In this document: positions 1-14,500 of the stretch, piece after piece
Position numbering within the stretch: the first letter of the stretch is position 1
How the letters are laid out: every line of letters begins with the position of its first letter
DNA from: Eledone cirrhosa
Taxonomy: Eukaryota
Direction: 5' to 3'
DNA: 64,000 nt
NCBI GenBank assembly: GCA_964016885.1
Contig: OZ024743.1
Span: forward strand, 208,382,001 to 208,446,000
The notes under the pieces: model-generated
Database searches by the model: none
What the model was told of the DNA's origin: nothing
What the model saw: the letters and a program-made list of their open reading frames with translations, nothing else
Made by a program: the position numbers and the translations under genes

Positions 1-275
1 GCCACACATGAAAGCTCTTCACTCCATAAGATATACCACAGTTTACCATCCTATAGCCACACATGAAAGCTCTTCACTCCATAAGATATACCACAGTTTA
101 CCATCCTATAGCCACACATGAAAGCTCTTCACTCCATAAGATATACCACAGTTTACCATCCTATAGCCACACATGAAAGCTCTTCACTCCATAAGATATA
201 CCACAGTTTACCATCCTATAGCCACACATGAAAGCTCTTCACTCCATAAGATACACCACAGTTTACCATCCTATA

Positions 276-335
276 GCCACGCCACGGATGAAAGCTCTTC
301 ACTCCATAAGATATACCACAGTTTACCATCCTATA
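276..335. repeat. 60-bp monomer variant (GCCAC duplication, GCCACGCCACGGATG), first of many copies
   Basis: gccacgccacggatg replaces gccaca(c/g)atg (+5 bp). Recurs through the window, e.g. near 1324, 3810, 6011, 8880, 14122, 24442, 39156, 41527, 48635, 60427. Confidence 0.97.
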
Positions 336-995
336 GCCACACATGAAAGCTCTTCACTCCATAAGATATACCACAGTTTACCATCCTATTGCCACAGATG
401 AAAGCTCTTCACTCCATAAGATATACCACAGTTTACAATCCTATAGCCACACATGAAAGCTCTTCACTCCATAACATATACCACAGTTTACCATCCTATA
501 GCCACACATGAAAGCTCTTCGCTCCATAAGATATACCACAGTTTACCATCCTATAGCCACACATGAAAGCTCTTCACTCCATAAGATATACCACAGTTTA
601 CCATCCTATAGCCACACATGAAAGCTCTTCACTCCATAAGATATACCACAGTTTACCATCCTATAGCCACACATGAAAGCTCTTCACTCCATAAGATATA
701 CCACATTTTACCATCCTATAGCCACACATGAAAGCTCTTCACTCCATAAGATATACCACAGTTTACCATCCTATAGCCACAGATGAAAGCTCTTCACTCC
801 ATAAGATATACCACAGTTTAACATCCTATAGCCACACATGAAAGCTCTTCACTCCATAAGATATACCACAGTTTACCATCCTATAGCCACACATGAAAGC
901 TCTTCACTCCATAAGATATACAACAGTTTACCATCCTATAGCCACAGATGAAAGCTCTTCACTCCATAAGATATACCACAGTTGACCATCCTATA

Positions 996-1048
996 GCTAG
1001 ATGAAAGCTCTTCACTCCATAAGATATACCACAGTTTACCATCCTATA
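996..1048. repeat. 53-bp monomer variant (GCTAGATG), first of many copies
   Basis: gctagatg replaces gccacagatg (-2 bp) and shifts the register by 2. Recurs e.g. at 11641, 15954, 20595, 22569, 39766; often directly preceded by a gttgacc or gtttaac variant. Confidence 0.97.
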
Positions 1049-2259
1049 GCCACAGATGAAAGCTCTTCACTCCATAAGATATACCACAGTTTACCATCCT
1101 ATAGCCACACATGAAAGCTCTTCACTCCATAAGATATACCACAGTTTACCATCCTATAGCCACACATGAAAGCTCTTTACTACATAAGATATACCACAGT
1201 TTACCATCCTATAGCCACACATGAAAGCTCTTCACTCCATAAAATATACCACAATTTACCATCCTATAGCCACACATGAAAGCTCTTCACTCCATAAGAT
1301 ATACCACAGTTTACCATCCTATAGCCACGCCACGGATGAAAGCTCTTCACTCCATAAGATATACCACAGTTTACCATCCTATAGCCACACATGAAAGCTC
1401 TTCACTCCATAAGATATACCACAGTTTACCATCCTATTGCCACAGATGAAAGCTCTTCACTCCATAAGATATACCACAGTTTACAATCCTATAGCCACAC
1501 ATGAAAGCTCTTCACTCTATAACATATACCACAGTTTACCATCCTATAGCCACACATGAAAGCTCTTCGCTCCATAAGATATACCACAGTTTACCATCCT
1601 ATAGCCACACATGAAAGCTCTTCACTCCATAAGATATACCACAGTTTACCATCCTATAGCCACAGATGAAAGCTCTTCGCTCCATAAGATATACCACAGT
1701 TTACCATCCTATAGCCACACATGAAAGCTCTTCACTCCATAAGATATACCACAGTTTACCATCCTATAGCCACAGATGAAAGCTCTTCACTCCATAAGAT
1801 ATACCACAGTTTACCATCCTCTAGCCACACATGAAAGCTCTTCACTCCATAAGATATACCACAGTTTACCATCCTATAGCCACACATGAAAGCTCTTCAC
1901 TCCATAAGATATAACACAGTTTACCATCTTATAGCCACAGATGAAAGCTCTTCACTCCATAAGATATACCACAGTTTACCATCCTATAGCCACACATGAA
2001 AGCTCTTCACTCCATAAGATATACCACAGTTTACCATCCTATAGCCACAGATGAAAGCTCTTCACTCCATAAGATATACCACAGTTTACCATCCTATAGC
2101 TAGATGAAAGCTCTTCACTCCATATGATATACCACAGTTTACCATCCTATAGCCACAGATGAAAGCTCTTCACTCCATAAGATATACCACAGTTTACCAT
2201 CCTATAGCCACACATGAAAGCTCTTCACTCCATAAGATATACCACAGTTTACCATCCTA

Positions 2260-2820
2260 TAGCCACACATGAAAGCTCTTCACTCCATAAGATATACCAC
2301 AGTTTACCATCCTATAGCCACACATGAAAGCTCTTCACTCCATAAGATATACCACAGTTTACCATCCTATAGCCACAGATGAAAGCTCGTCACTCCATAA
2401 GATATACCACAGTTTACCATCCTATAGCCACACATGAAAGCTCTTCACTCCATAAGATATAGCACAGTTTACCATCCTATAGCCACGCCACGGATGAAAG
2501 CTCTTCACTCCATAAGATATACCACAGTTTACCATCCTATAGCCACACATGAAAGCTCTTCACTCCATAAGATATACCACAGTTTACCATCCTATAGCCA
2601 CACATGAAAGCTCTTCACTCCATAAGATATACCACAGTTTACCATCCTATAGCCACAGATGAAAGCTCGTCACTCCATAAGATATACCACAGTTTACCAT
2701 CCTATAGCCACACATGAAAGCTCTTCACTCCATAAGATATAGCACAGTTTACCATCCTATAGCCACGCCACGGATGAAAGCTCTTCACTCCATAAGATAT
2801 ACCACAGTTTACCATCCTAT
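2260..2820. repeat. Tandem duplication of a 5-monomer block (280 bp = 4x55+60)
   Basis: The series gctcgt / atagcac / 60-mer occurs twice (variant G at 2389 and 2669); the paralogous block near 10990-11100 has it once. Confidence 0.88.
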
Positions 2821-3869
2821 AGCCACACATGAAAGCTCTTCACTCCATAAGATATACCACAGTTTACCATCATATAGCCACACATGAAAGCTCTTCACTC
2901 CATAAGATATACCACAGTTTACCATCCTATAGCCACAGATGAAAGCTCTTCACTCCATTAGATATACCACAGTTTACCATCCTATAGGCACTCATGAAAG
3001 CTCTTCACTCCATAAGATATACCACAGTTTACCATCCTATAGCCACACATGAAAGCTCTTTACTCCATAAGATATACCACAGTTTACCATCCTATAGCCA
3101 CAGATGAAAGCTCTTCACTCCATAAGATATACCACAGTTTAACATCCTATAGCCACACATGAAAGCTCTTCACTCCATAAGATATACCACAGTTTACCAT
3201 CCTATAGCCACACATGAAAGCTCTTCACTCCATAAGATATACAACAGTTTACCATCCTATAGCCACAGATGAAAGCTCTTCACTCCATAAGATATACCAC
3301 AGTTGACCATCCTATAGCTAGATGAAAGCTCTTCACTCCATAAGATATACCACAGTTTACCATCCTATAGCCACAGATGAAAGCTCTTCACTCCATAAGA
3401 TATACCACAGTTTACCATCCTATAGCCACACATGAAAGCTCTTCACTCCATAAGATATACCACAGTTTACCATCCTATAGCCACACATGAAAGCTCTTTA
3501 CTACATAAGATATACCACAGTTTACCATCCTATAGCCACACATGAAAGCTCTTCACTCCATAAGATATACCACAGTTTACCATCCTATAGCCACACATGA
3601 AAGCTCTTCACTCCATAAGATATACCACAGTTTACCATCCTATAGCCACACATGAAAGCTCTTCACTCCATAAGATATACCACAGTTTACCATCCTATAG
3701 CCACACATGAAAGCTCTTCACTCCATAAGATATACCACAGTTTACCATCCTATAGCCACACATGAAAGCTCTTCACTCCATAAGATATACCACAGTTTAC
3801 CATCCTATAGCCACGCCACGGATGAAAGCTCTTCACTCCATAAGATATACCACAGTTTACCATCCTATA

Positions 3870-5850
3870 GCCACACATGAAAGCTCTTCACTCCATAAGA
3901 TATACCACAGTTTACCATCCTATTGCCACAGATGAAAGCTCTTCACTCCATAAGATATACCACAGTTTACAATCCTATAGCCACACATGAAAGCTCTTCA
4001 CTCCATAACATATACCACAGTTTACCATCCTATAGCCACACATGAAAGCTCTTCGCTCCATAAGATATACCACAGTTTACCATCCTATAGCCACACATGA
4101 AAGCTCTTCACTCCATAAGATATACCACAGTTTACCATCCTATAGCCACACATGAAAGCTCTTCACTCCATAAGATATACCACAGTTTACCATCCTATAG
4201 CCACAGATGAAAGCTCTTCACTCCATAAGATATACCACAGTTTACCATCCTATAGCCACACATGAAAGCTCTTCACTCCATAAGATATACCACAGTTTAC
4301 CATCCTATAGCCACACATGAAAGCTCTTCACTCCATAAGATATAACACAGTTTACCATCTTATAGCCACAGATGAAAGCTCTTCACTCCATAAGATATAC
4401 CACAGTTTACCATCCTATAGCCACACATGAAAGCTCTTCACTCCATAAGATATACCACAGTTTACCATCCTATAGCCACACATGAAAGCTCTTCACTCCG
4501 TAAGATATACCACAGTTTACCATCCTATAGCCACAGATGAAAGCTCTTCACTCCATAAGATATACCACAGTTTACCATCCTATAGCTAGATGAAAGCTCT
4601 TCACTCCATATGATATACCACAGTTTACCATCCTATAGCCACAGATGAAAGCTCTTCACTCCATAAGATATACCACAGTTTACCATCCTATAGCCACACA
4701 TGAAAGCTCTTTACTCCATAAGATATACCACAGTTTACCATCCTATAGCCACACATGAAAGCTCTTCACTCCATAAGATATACCACAGTTTACCATCCTA
4801 TAGCCACACATGAAAGCTCTTCACTCCATAAGATATACCACAGTTTACCATCCTATAGCCACACATGAAAGCTCTTCACTCCATAAGATATACCACAGTT
4901 TACCATCCTATTGCCACAGATGAAAGCTCTTCACTCCATAAGATATACCACAGTTTACAATCCTATAGCCACACATGAAAGCTCTTCACTCCATAACATA
5001 TACCACAGTTTACCATCCTATAGCCACACATGAAAGCTCTTCGCTCCATAAGATATACCACAGTTTACCATCCTATAGCCACACATGAAAGCTCTTCACT
5101 CCATAAGATATACCACAGTTTACCATCCTATAGCCACACATGAAAGCTCTTCACTCCATAAGATATACCACAGTTTACCATCCTATAGCCACAGATGAAA
5201 GCTCTTCACTCCATAAGATATACCACAGTTTACCATCCTATAGCCACACATGAAAGCTCTTCACTCCATAAGATATACCACAGTTTACCATCCTATAGCC
5301 ACACATGAAAGCTCTTCACTCCATAAGATATAACACAGTTTACCATCTTATAGCCACAGATGAAAGCTCTTCACTCCATAAGATATACCACAGTTTACCA
5401 TCCTATAGCCACACATGAAAGCTCTTCACTCCATAAGATATACCACAGTTTACCATCCTATAGCCACACATGAAAGCTCTTCACTCCGTAAGATATACCA
5501 CAGTTTACCATCCTATAGCCACAGATGAAAGCTCTTCACTCCATAAGATATACCACAGTTTACCATCCTATAGCTAGATGAAAGCTCTTCACTCCATATG
5601 ATATACCACAGTTTACCATCCTATAGCCACAGATGAAAGCTCTTCACTCCATAAGATATACCACAGTTTACCATCCTATAGCCACACATGAAAGCTCTTT
5701 ACTCCATAAGATATACCACAGTTTACCATCCTATAGCCACACATGAAAGCTCTTCACTCCATAAGATATACCACAGTTTACCATCCTATAGCCACACATG
5801 AAAGCTCTTCACTCCATAAGATATACCACAGTTTACCATCCTATAGCCAC
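3870..5850. repeat. Tandem duplication of an 18-monomer block (988 bp = 18x55-2)
   Basis: tattg 3921/4909, ccG 4500/5488 and ttactcc 4711/5699 are all offset by 988. Confidence 0.88.
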
Positions 5851-8800
5851 ACATGAAAGCTCTTCACTCCATAAGATATACCACAGTTTACCATCCTATA
5901 GCCACACATGAAAGCTCTTCACTCCATAAGATATACCACAGTTTACCATCCTATAGCCACACATGAAAGCTCTTCACTCCATAAGAAATACCACAGTTTA
6001 CCATCCTATAGCCACGCCACGGATGAAAGCTCTTCACTCCATAAGATATACCACAGTTTACCAGCCTATAGCCACACATGAAAGCTCTTCACTCCATAAG
6101 ATATACCACAGTTTACCATCCTATTGCCACAGATGAAAGCTCTTCACTCCATAAGATATACCACAGTTTACAATCCTATAGCCACACATGAAAGCTCTTC
6201 ACTCCATAACATATACCACAGTTTACCATCCTATAGCCACACATGAAAGCTCTTCGCTCCATAAGATATACCACAGTTTACCATCCTATAGCCACACATG
6301 AAAGCTCTTCACTCCATAAGATATACCACATTTTACCATCCTATAGCCACACATGAAAGCTCTTCACTCCATAAGATATACCACAGTTTACCATCCTATA
6401 GCCACAGATGAAAGCTCTTCACTCCATAAGATATACCACAGTTTAACATCCTATAGCCACACATGAAAGCTCTTCACTCCATAAGATATACCACAGTTTA
6501 CCATCCTATAGCCACACATGAAAGCTCTTCACTCCATAAGATATACAACAGTTTACCATCCTATAGCCACAGATGAAAGCTCTTCACTCCATAAGATATA
6601 CCACAGTTGACCATCCTATAGCTAGATGAAAGCTCTTCACTCCATAAGATATACCACAGTTTACCATCCTATAGCCACAGATGAAAGCTCTTCACTCCAT
6701 AAGATATACCACAGTTTACCATCCTATAGCCACACATGAAAGCTCTTCACTCCATAAGATATACCACAGTTTACCATCCTATAGCCACACATGAAAGCTC
6801 TTTACTACATAAGATATACCACAGTTTACCATCCTATAGCCACACATGAAAGCTCTTCACTCCATAAGATATACCACAATTTACCATCCTATAGCCACAC
6901 ATGAAAGCTCTTCACTCCATAAGATATACCACAGTTTACCATCCTATAGCCACGCCACGGATGAAAGCTCTTCACTCCATAAGATATACCACAGTTTACC
7001 ATCCTATAGCCACACATGAAAGCTCTTCACTCCATAAGATATACCACAGTTTACCATCCTATTGCCACAGATGAAAGCTCTTCACTCCATAAGATATACC
7101 ACAGTTTACAATCCTATAGCCACACATGAAAGCTCTTCACTCTATAACATATACCACAGTTTACCATCCTATAGCCACACATGAAAGCTCTTCGCTCCAT
7201 AAGATATACCACAGTTTACCATCCTATAGCCACACATGAAAGCTCTTCACTCCATCAGATATACCACAGTTTACCATCCTATAGCCACACATGAAAGCTC
7301 TTCACTCCATAAGATATACCACAGTTTACCATCCTATAGCCACAGATGAAAGCTCTTCACTCCATAAGATATACCACAGTTTACCATCCTATAGCCACAC
7401 ATGAAAGCTCTTCACTCCATAAGATATACCACAGTCTACCATCCTATAGCCACACATGAAAGCTCTTCACTCCATAAGATATAACACAGTTTACCATCTT
7501 ATAGCCACAGATGAAAGCTCTTCACTCCATAAGATATACCACAGTTTACCATCCTATAGCCACACATGAAAGCTCTTCACTCCATAAGATATACCACAGT
7601 TTACCATCCTATAGCCACAGATGAAAGCTCTTCACTCCATAAGATATACCACAGTTTACCATCCTATAGCTAGATGAAAGCTCTTCACTCCATATGATAT
7701 ACCACAGTTTACCATCCTATAGCCACAGATGAAAGCTCTTCACTCCATAAGATATACCACAGTTTACCATCCTATAGCCACACATGAAAGCTCTTCACTC
7801 CATAAGATATACCACAGTTTACCATCCTATAGCCACGCCACGGATGAAAGCTCTTCACTCCATAAGATATACCACAGTTTACCATCCTATAGCCACACAT
7901 GAAAGCTCTTCACTCCATAAGATATACCACAGTTTACCATCATATAGCCACACATGAAAGCTCTTCACTCCATAAGATATACCACAGTTTACCATCCTAT
8001 AGCCACAGATGAAAGCTCTTCACTCCATAAGATATACCACAGTTTACCATCCTATAGGCACTCATGAAAGCTCTTCACTCCATAAGATATACCACAGTTT
8101 ACCATCCTATAGCCACACATGAAAGCTCTTTACTCCATAAGATATACCACAGTTTACCATCCTATAGCCACAGATGAAAGCTCTTCACTCCATAAGATAT
8201 ACCACAGTTTAACATCCTATAGCCACACATGAAAGCTCTTCACTCCATAAGATATACCACAGTTTACCATCCTATAGCCACACATGAAAGCTCTTCACTC
8301 CATAAGATATACAACAGTTTACCATCCTATAGCCACAGATGAAAGCTCTTCACTCCATAAGATATACCACAGTTGACCATCCTATAGCTAGATGAAAGCT
8401 CTTCACTCCAAAAGATATACCACAGTTTACCATCCTATAGCCACAGATGAAAGCTCTTCACTCCATAAGATATACCACAGTTTACCATCCTATAGCCACA
8501 CATGAAAGCTCTTCACTCCATAAGATATACCACAGTTTACCATCCTATAGCCACACATGAAAGCTCTTTACTACATAAGATATACCACAGTTTACCATCC
8601 TATAGCCACACATGAAAGCTCTTCACTCCATAAGATATACCACAGTTTACCATCCTATAGCCACACATGAAAGCTCTTCACTCCATAAGATATACCACAG
8701 TTTACCATCCTATAGCCACACATGAAAGCTCTTCACTCCATAAGATATACCACAGTTTACCATCCTATAGCCACACATGAAAGCTCTTCACTCCATAAGA

Positions 8801-11599
8801 TATACCACAGTTTACCATCCTATAGCCACACATGAAAGCTCTTCACTCCATAAGATACACCACAGTTTACCATCCTATAGCCACGCCACGGATGAAAGCT
8901 CTTCACTCCATAAGATATACCACAGTTTACCATCCTATAGCCACACATGAAAGCTCTTCACTCCATAAGATATACCACAGTTTACCATCCTATTGCCACA
9001 GATGAAAGCTCTTCACTCCATAAGATATACCACAGTTTACAATCCTATAGCCACACATGAAAGCTCTTCACTCCATAACATATACCACAGTTTACCATCC
9101 TATAGCCACACATGAAAGCTCTTCGCTCCATAAGATATACCACAGTTTACCATCCTATAGCCACACATGAAAGCTCTTCACTCCATAAGATATACCACAG
9201 TTTACCATCCTATAGCCACACATGAAAGCTCTTCACTCCATAAGATATACCACAGTTTACCATCCTATAGCCACACATGAAAGCTCTTCACTCCATAAGA
9301 TATACCACATTTTACCATCCTATAGCCACACATGAAAGCTCTTCACTCCATAAGATATACCACAGTTTACCATCCTATAGCCACAGATGAAAGCTCTTCA
9401 CTCCATAAGATATACCACAGTTTAACATCCTATAGCCACACATGAAAGCTCTTCACTCCATAAGATATACCACAGTTTACCATCCTATAGCCACACATGA
9501 AAGCTCTTCACTCCATAAGATATACAACAGTTTACCATCCTATAGCCACAGATGAAAGCTCTTCACTCCATAAGATATACCACAGTTGACCATCCTATAG
9601 CTAGATGAAAGCTCTTCACTCCATAAGATATACCACAGTTTACCATCCTATAGCCACAGATGAAAGCTCTTCACTCCATAAGATATACCACAGTTTACCA
9701 TCCTATAGCCACACATGAAAGCTCTTCACTCCATAAGATATACCACAGTTTACCATCCTATAGCCACACATGAAAGCTCTTTACTACATAAGATATACCA
9801 CAGTTTACCATCCTATAGCCACACATGAAAGCTCTTCACTCCATAAAATATACCACAATTTACCATCCTATAGCCACACATGAAAGCTCTTCACTCCATA
9901 AGATATACCACAGTTTACCATCCTATAGCCACGCCACGGATGAAAGCTCTTCACTCCATAAGATATACCACAGTTTACCATCCTATAGCCACACATGAAA
10001 GCTCTTCACTCCATAAGATATACCACAGTTTACCATCCTATTGCCACAGATGAAAGCTCTTCACTCCATAAGATATACCACAGTTTACAATCCTATAGCC
10101 ACACATGAAAGCTCTTCACTCTATAACATATACCACAGTTTACCATCCTATAGCCACACATGAAAGCTCTTCGCTCCATAAGATATACCACAGTTTACCA
10201 TCCTATAGCCACACATGAAAGCTCTTCACTCCATAAGATATACCACAGTTTACCATCCTATAGCCACAGATGAAAGCTCTTCGCTCCATAAGATATACCA
10301 CAGTTTACCATCCTATAGCCACACATGAAAGCTCTTCACTCCATAAGATATACCACAGTTTACCATCCTATAGCCACAGATGAAAGCTCTTCACTCCATA
10401 AGATATACCACAGTTTACCATCCTATAGCCACACATGAAAGCTCTTCACTCCATAAGATATACCACAGTTTACCATCCTATAGCCACACATGAAAGCTCT
10501 TCACTCCATAAGATATAACACAGTTTACCATCTTATAGCCACAGATGAAAGCTCTTCACTCCATAAGATATACCACAGTTTACCATCCTATAGCCACACA
10601 TGAAAGCTCTTCACTCCATAAGATATACCACAGTTTACCATCCTATAGCCACAGATGAAAGCTCTTCACTCCATAAGATATACCACAGTTTACCATCCTA
10701 TAGCTAGATGAAAGCTCTTCACTCCATATGATATACCACAGTTTACCATCCTATAGCCACAGATGAAAGCTCTTCACTCCATAAGATATACCACAGTTTA
10801 CCATCCTATAGCCACACATGAAAGCTCTTCACTCCATAAGATATACCACAGTTTACCATCCTATAGCCACACATGAAAGCTCTTCACTCCATAAGATATA
10901 CCACAGTTTACCATCCTATAGCCACACATGAAAGCTCTTCACTCCATAAGATATACCACAGTTTACCATCCTATAGCCACAGATGAAAGCTCGTCACTCC
11001 ATAAGATATACCACAGTTTACCATCCTATAGCCACACATGAAAGCTCTTCACTCCATAAGATATAGCACAGTTTACCATCCTATAGCCACGCCACGGATG
11101 AAAGCTCTTCACTCCATAAGATATACCACAGTTTACCATCCTATAGCCACACATGAAAGCTCTTCACTCCATAAGATATACCACAGTTTACCATCATATA
11201 GCCACACATGAAAGCTCTTCACTCCATAAGATATACCACAGTTTACCATCCTATAGCCACAGATGAAAGCTCTTCACTCCATAAGATATACCACAGTTTA
11301 CCATCCTATAGGCACTCATGAAAGCTCTTCACTCCATAAGATATACCACAGTTTACCATCCTATAGCCACACATGAAAGCTCTTTACTCCATAAGATATA
11401 CCACAGTTTACCATCCTATAGCCACAGATGAAAGCTCTTCACTCCATAAGATATACCACAGTTTAACATCCTATAGCCACACATGAAAGCTCTTCACTCC
11501 ATAAGATATACCACAGTTTACCATCCTATAGCCACACATGAAAGCTCTTCACTCCATAAGATATACAACAGTTTACCATCCTATAGCCACAGATGAAAG

Positions 11600-14500
11600 C
11601 TCTTCACTCCATAAGATATACCACAGTTGACCATCCTATAGCTAGATGAAAGCTCTTCACTCCATAAGATATACCACAGTTTACCATCCTATAGCCACAG
11701 ATGAAAGCTCTTCACTCCATAAGATATACCACAGTTTACCATCCTATAGCCACACATGAAAGCTCTTCACTCCATAAGATATACCACAGTTTACCATCCT
11801 ATAGCCACACATGAAAGCTCTTTACTACATAAGATATACCACAGTTTACCATCCTATAGCCACACATGAAAGCTCTTCACTCCATAAGATATACCACAGT
11901 TTACCATCCTATAGCCACACATGAAAGCTCTTCACTCCATAAGATATACCACATTTTACCATCCTATAGCCACACATGAAAGCTCTTCACTCCATAAGAT
12001 ATACCACAGTTTACCATCCTATAGCCACACATGAAAGCTCTTCACTCCATAAGATATACCACAGTTTACCATCCTATAGCCACACATGAAAGCTCTTCAC
12101 TCCATAAGATATACCACAGTTTACCATCCTATAGCCACGCCACGGATGAAAGCTCTTCACTCCATAAGATATACCACAGTTTACCATCCTATAGCCACAC
12201 ATGAAAGCTCTTCACTCCATAAGATATACCACAGTTTACCATCCTATTGCCACAGATGAAAGCTCTTCACTCCATAAGATATACCACAGTTTACAATCCT
12301 ATAGCCACACATGAAAGCTCTTCACTCCATAACATATACCACAGTTTACCATCCTATAGCCACACATGAAAGCTCTTCGCTCCATAAGATATACCACAGT
12401 TTACCATCCTATAGCCACACATGAAAGCTCTTCACTCCATAAGATATACCACAGTTTACCATCCTATAGCCACACATGAAAGCTCTTCACTCCATAAGAT
12501 ATACCACAGTTTACCATCCTATAGCCACAGATGAAAGCTCTTCACTCCATAAGATATACCACAGTTTACCATCCTATAGCCACACATGAAAGCTCTTCAC
12601 TCCATAAGATATACCACAGTTTACCATCCTATAGCCACACATGAAAGCTCTTCACTCCATAAGATATAACACAGTTTACCATCTTATAGCCACAGATGAA
12701 AGCTCTTCACTCCATAAGATATACCACAGTTTACCATCCTATAGCCACACATGAAAGCTCTTCACTCCATAAGATATACCACAGTTTACCATCCTATAGC
12801 CACACATGAAAGCTCTTCACTCCGTAAGATATACCACAGTTTACCATCCTATAGCCACAGATGAAAGCTCTTCACTCCATAAGATATACCACAGTTTACC
12901 ATCCTATAGCTAGATGAAAGCTCTTCACTCCATATGATATACCACAGTTTACCATCCTATAGCCACAGATGAAAGCTCTTCACTCCATAAGATATACCAC
13001 AGTTTACCATCCTATAGCCACACATGAAAGCTCTTCACTCCATAAGATATACCACAGTTTACCATCCTATAGCCACACATGAAAGCTCTTCACTCCATAA
13101 GATATACCACAGTTTACCATCCTATAGCCACACATGAAAGCTCTTCACTCCATAAGATATACCACAGTTTACCATCCTATAGCCACAGATGAAAGCTCGT
13201 CACTCCATAAGATATACCACAGTTTACCATCCTATAGCCACACATGAAAGCTCTTCACTCCATAAGATATACCACAGTTTACCATCATATAGCCACACAT
13301 GAAAGCTCTTCACTCCATAAGATATACCACAGTTTACCATCCTATAGCCACACATGAAAGCTATTCACTCCATAAGATATACCACAGTTTACCATCCTAT
13401 AGCCACACATGAAAGCTCTTCACTCCATAAGATATAGCACAGTTTACCATCCTATAGCCACGCCACGGATGAAAGCTCTTCACTCCATGAGATATACCAC
13501 AGTTTACCATCCTATAGCCACACATGAAAGCTCTTCACTCCATAAGATATACCACAGTTTACCATCATATAGCCACACATGAAAGCTCTTCACTCCATAA
13601 GATATACCACAGTTTACCATCCTATAGCCACAGATGAAAGCTCTTCACTCCATAAGATATACCACAGTTTACCATCCTATAGGCACTCATGAAAGCTCTT
13701 CACTCCATAAGATATACTACAGTTTACCATCCTATAGCCACACATGAAAGCTCTTCACTCTATAAGATATATCACAGTTTACCATCCTATAGCCACACAT
13801 GAAAGCTCTTCACTCCATAAGATATACCACAGTTTACTATCCTATAGCAAAACATGAAAGCTCTTCACTCCATAAGATATACCACAGTTTACCATCCTAT
13901 GGCCACAGATGAAAGCTCTTCACTCCATAAGATATACCACAGTTTACCACCCTATGGCCACAGATGAAAGCTCTTAACTCCATAAGATATACCACAGTTT
14001 ACCATCCTATAGCCACGCATGAAAGCTCTTCACTCCATAAGATATACCACAGTTTACCATCCTATAGCCACACATGCAAGCTCTTCACTCCATAAGATAT
14101 ACCACAGTTTACCATCCTATAGCCACGCCACGGATGAAAGCTCTTCACTCCATAATATATTCCACAGTTTACCATCCTATAGACACACACGAAAGCTCTT
14201 CACTCCATAAGATATACCACAGTTTACCATCCTATTGCCACAGATGAATGCTCTTCACTCCATAAGATATACCACAGTTTACCATCCTATAGCCACACAT
14301 TAAAGCTCTTCACTCCATAAGATATACCACAGTTTACCATCCTATAGCCACATATGAAAGCTCTTCACTCCATAAGATATACCACAGTTTACCATCCTAT
14401 AGCCACAGATGAAAGCTCGTCACTCCATAAGATATACCACAGTTTACCATCCTATAGCCACACATGAAAGCTCTTCACTCCATAAGATATACCACAGTTT

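Larger units (their letters stand above)
1..13030. repeat. Block duplication: about 1-4700 repeated at about 8605-13030 (offset 8604, then 8324)
   Basis: Private variants atacacc (254/8858) and ccataaaatataccacaatt (1237/9841) are 8604 apart. After an extra 280-bp duplication in the first copy, ctcatg (2991/11315) and the G of ccgtaag (4500/12824) are 8324 apart. Confidence 0.88.

Noticed and set aside
1-55. G-quadruplex or telomere-like repeat on the G-richer minus strand
   Set aside because: Only GG doublets with loops up to about 20 nt; no GGG runs and no telomeric motif.
395-415. Satellite-encoded hammerhead ribozyme, as in newt, schistosome and cricket satellites, suggested by CAGATGA and GAAA
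   Set aside because: The core needs CUGANGA, then stem II, then a separate GAAA. Here the sequence is CAGAUGA, the GAAA overlaps it, and I see no supporting stems I-III. An Infernal search with Rfam hammerhead models would settle it.
517-533. CENP-B box in the ttcgct variant
   Set aside because: It matches TTCG....A but has AGAT in place of the essential CGGG.
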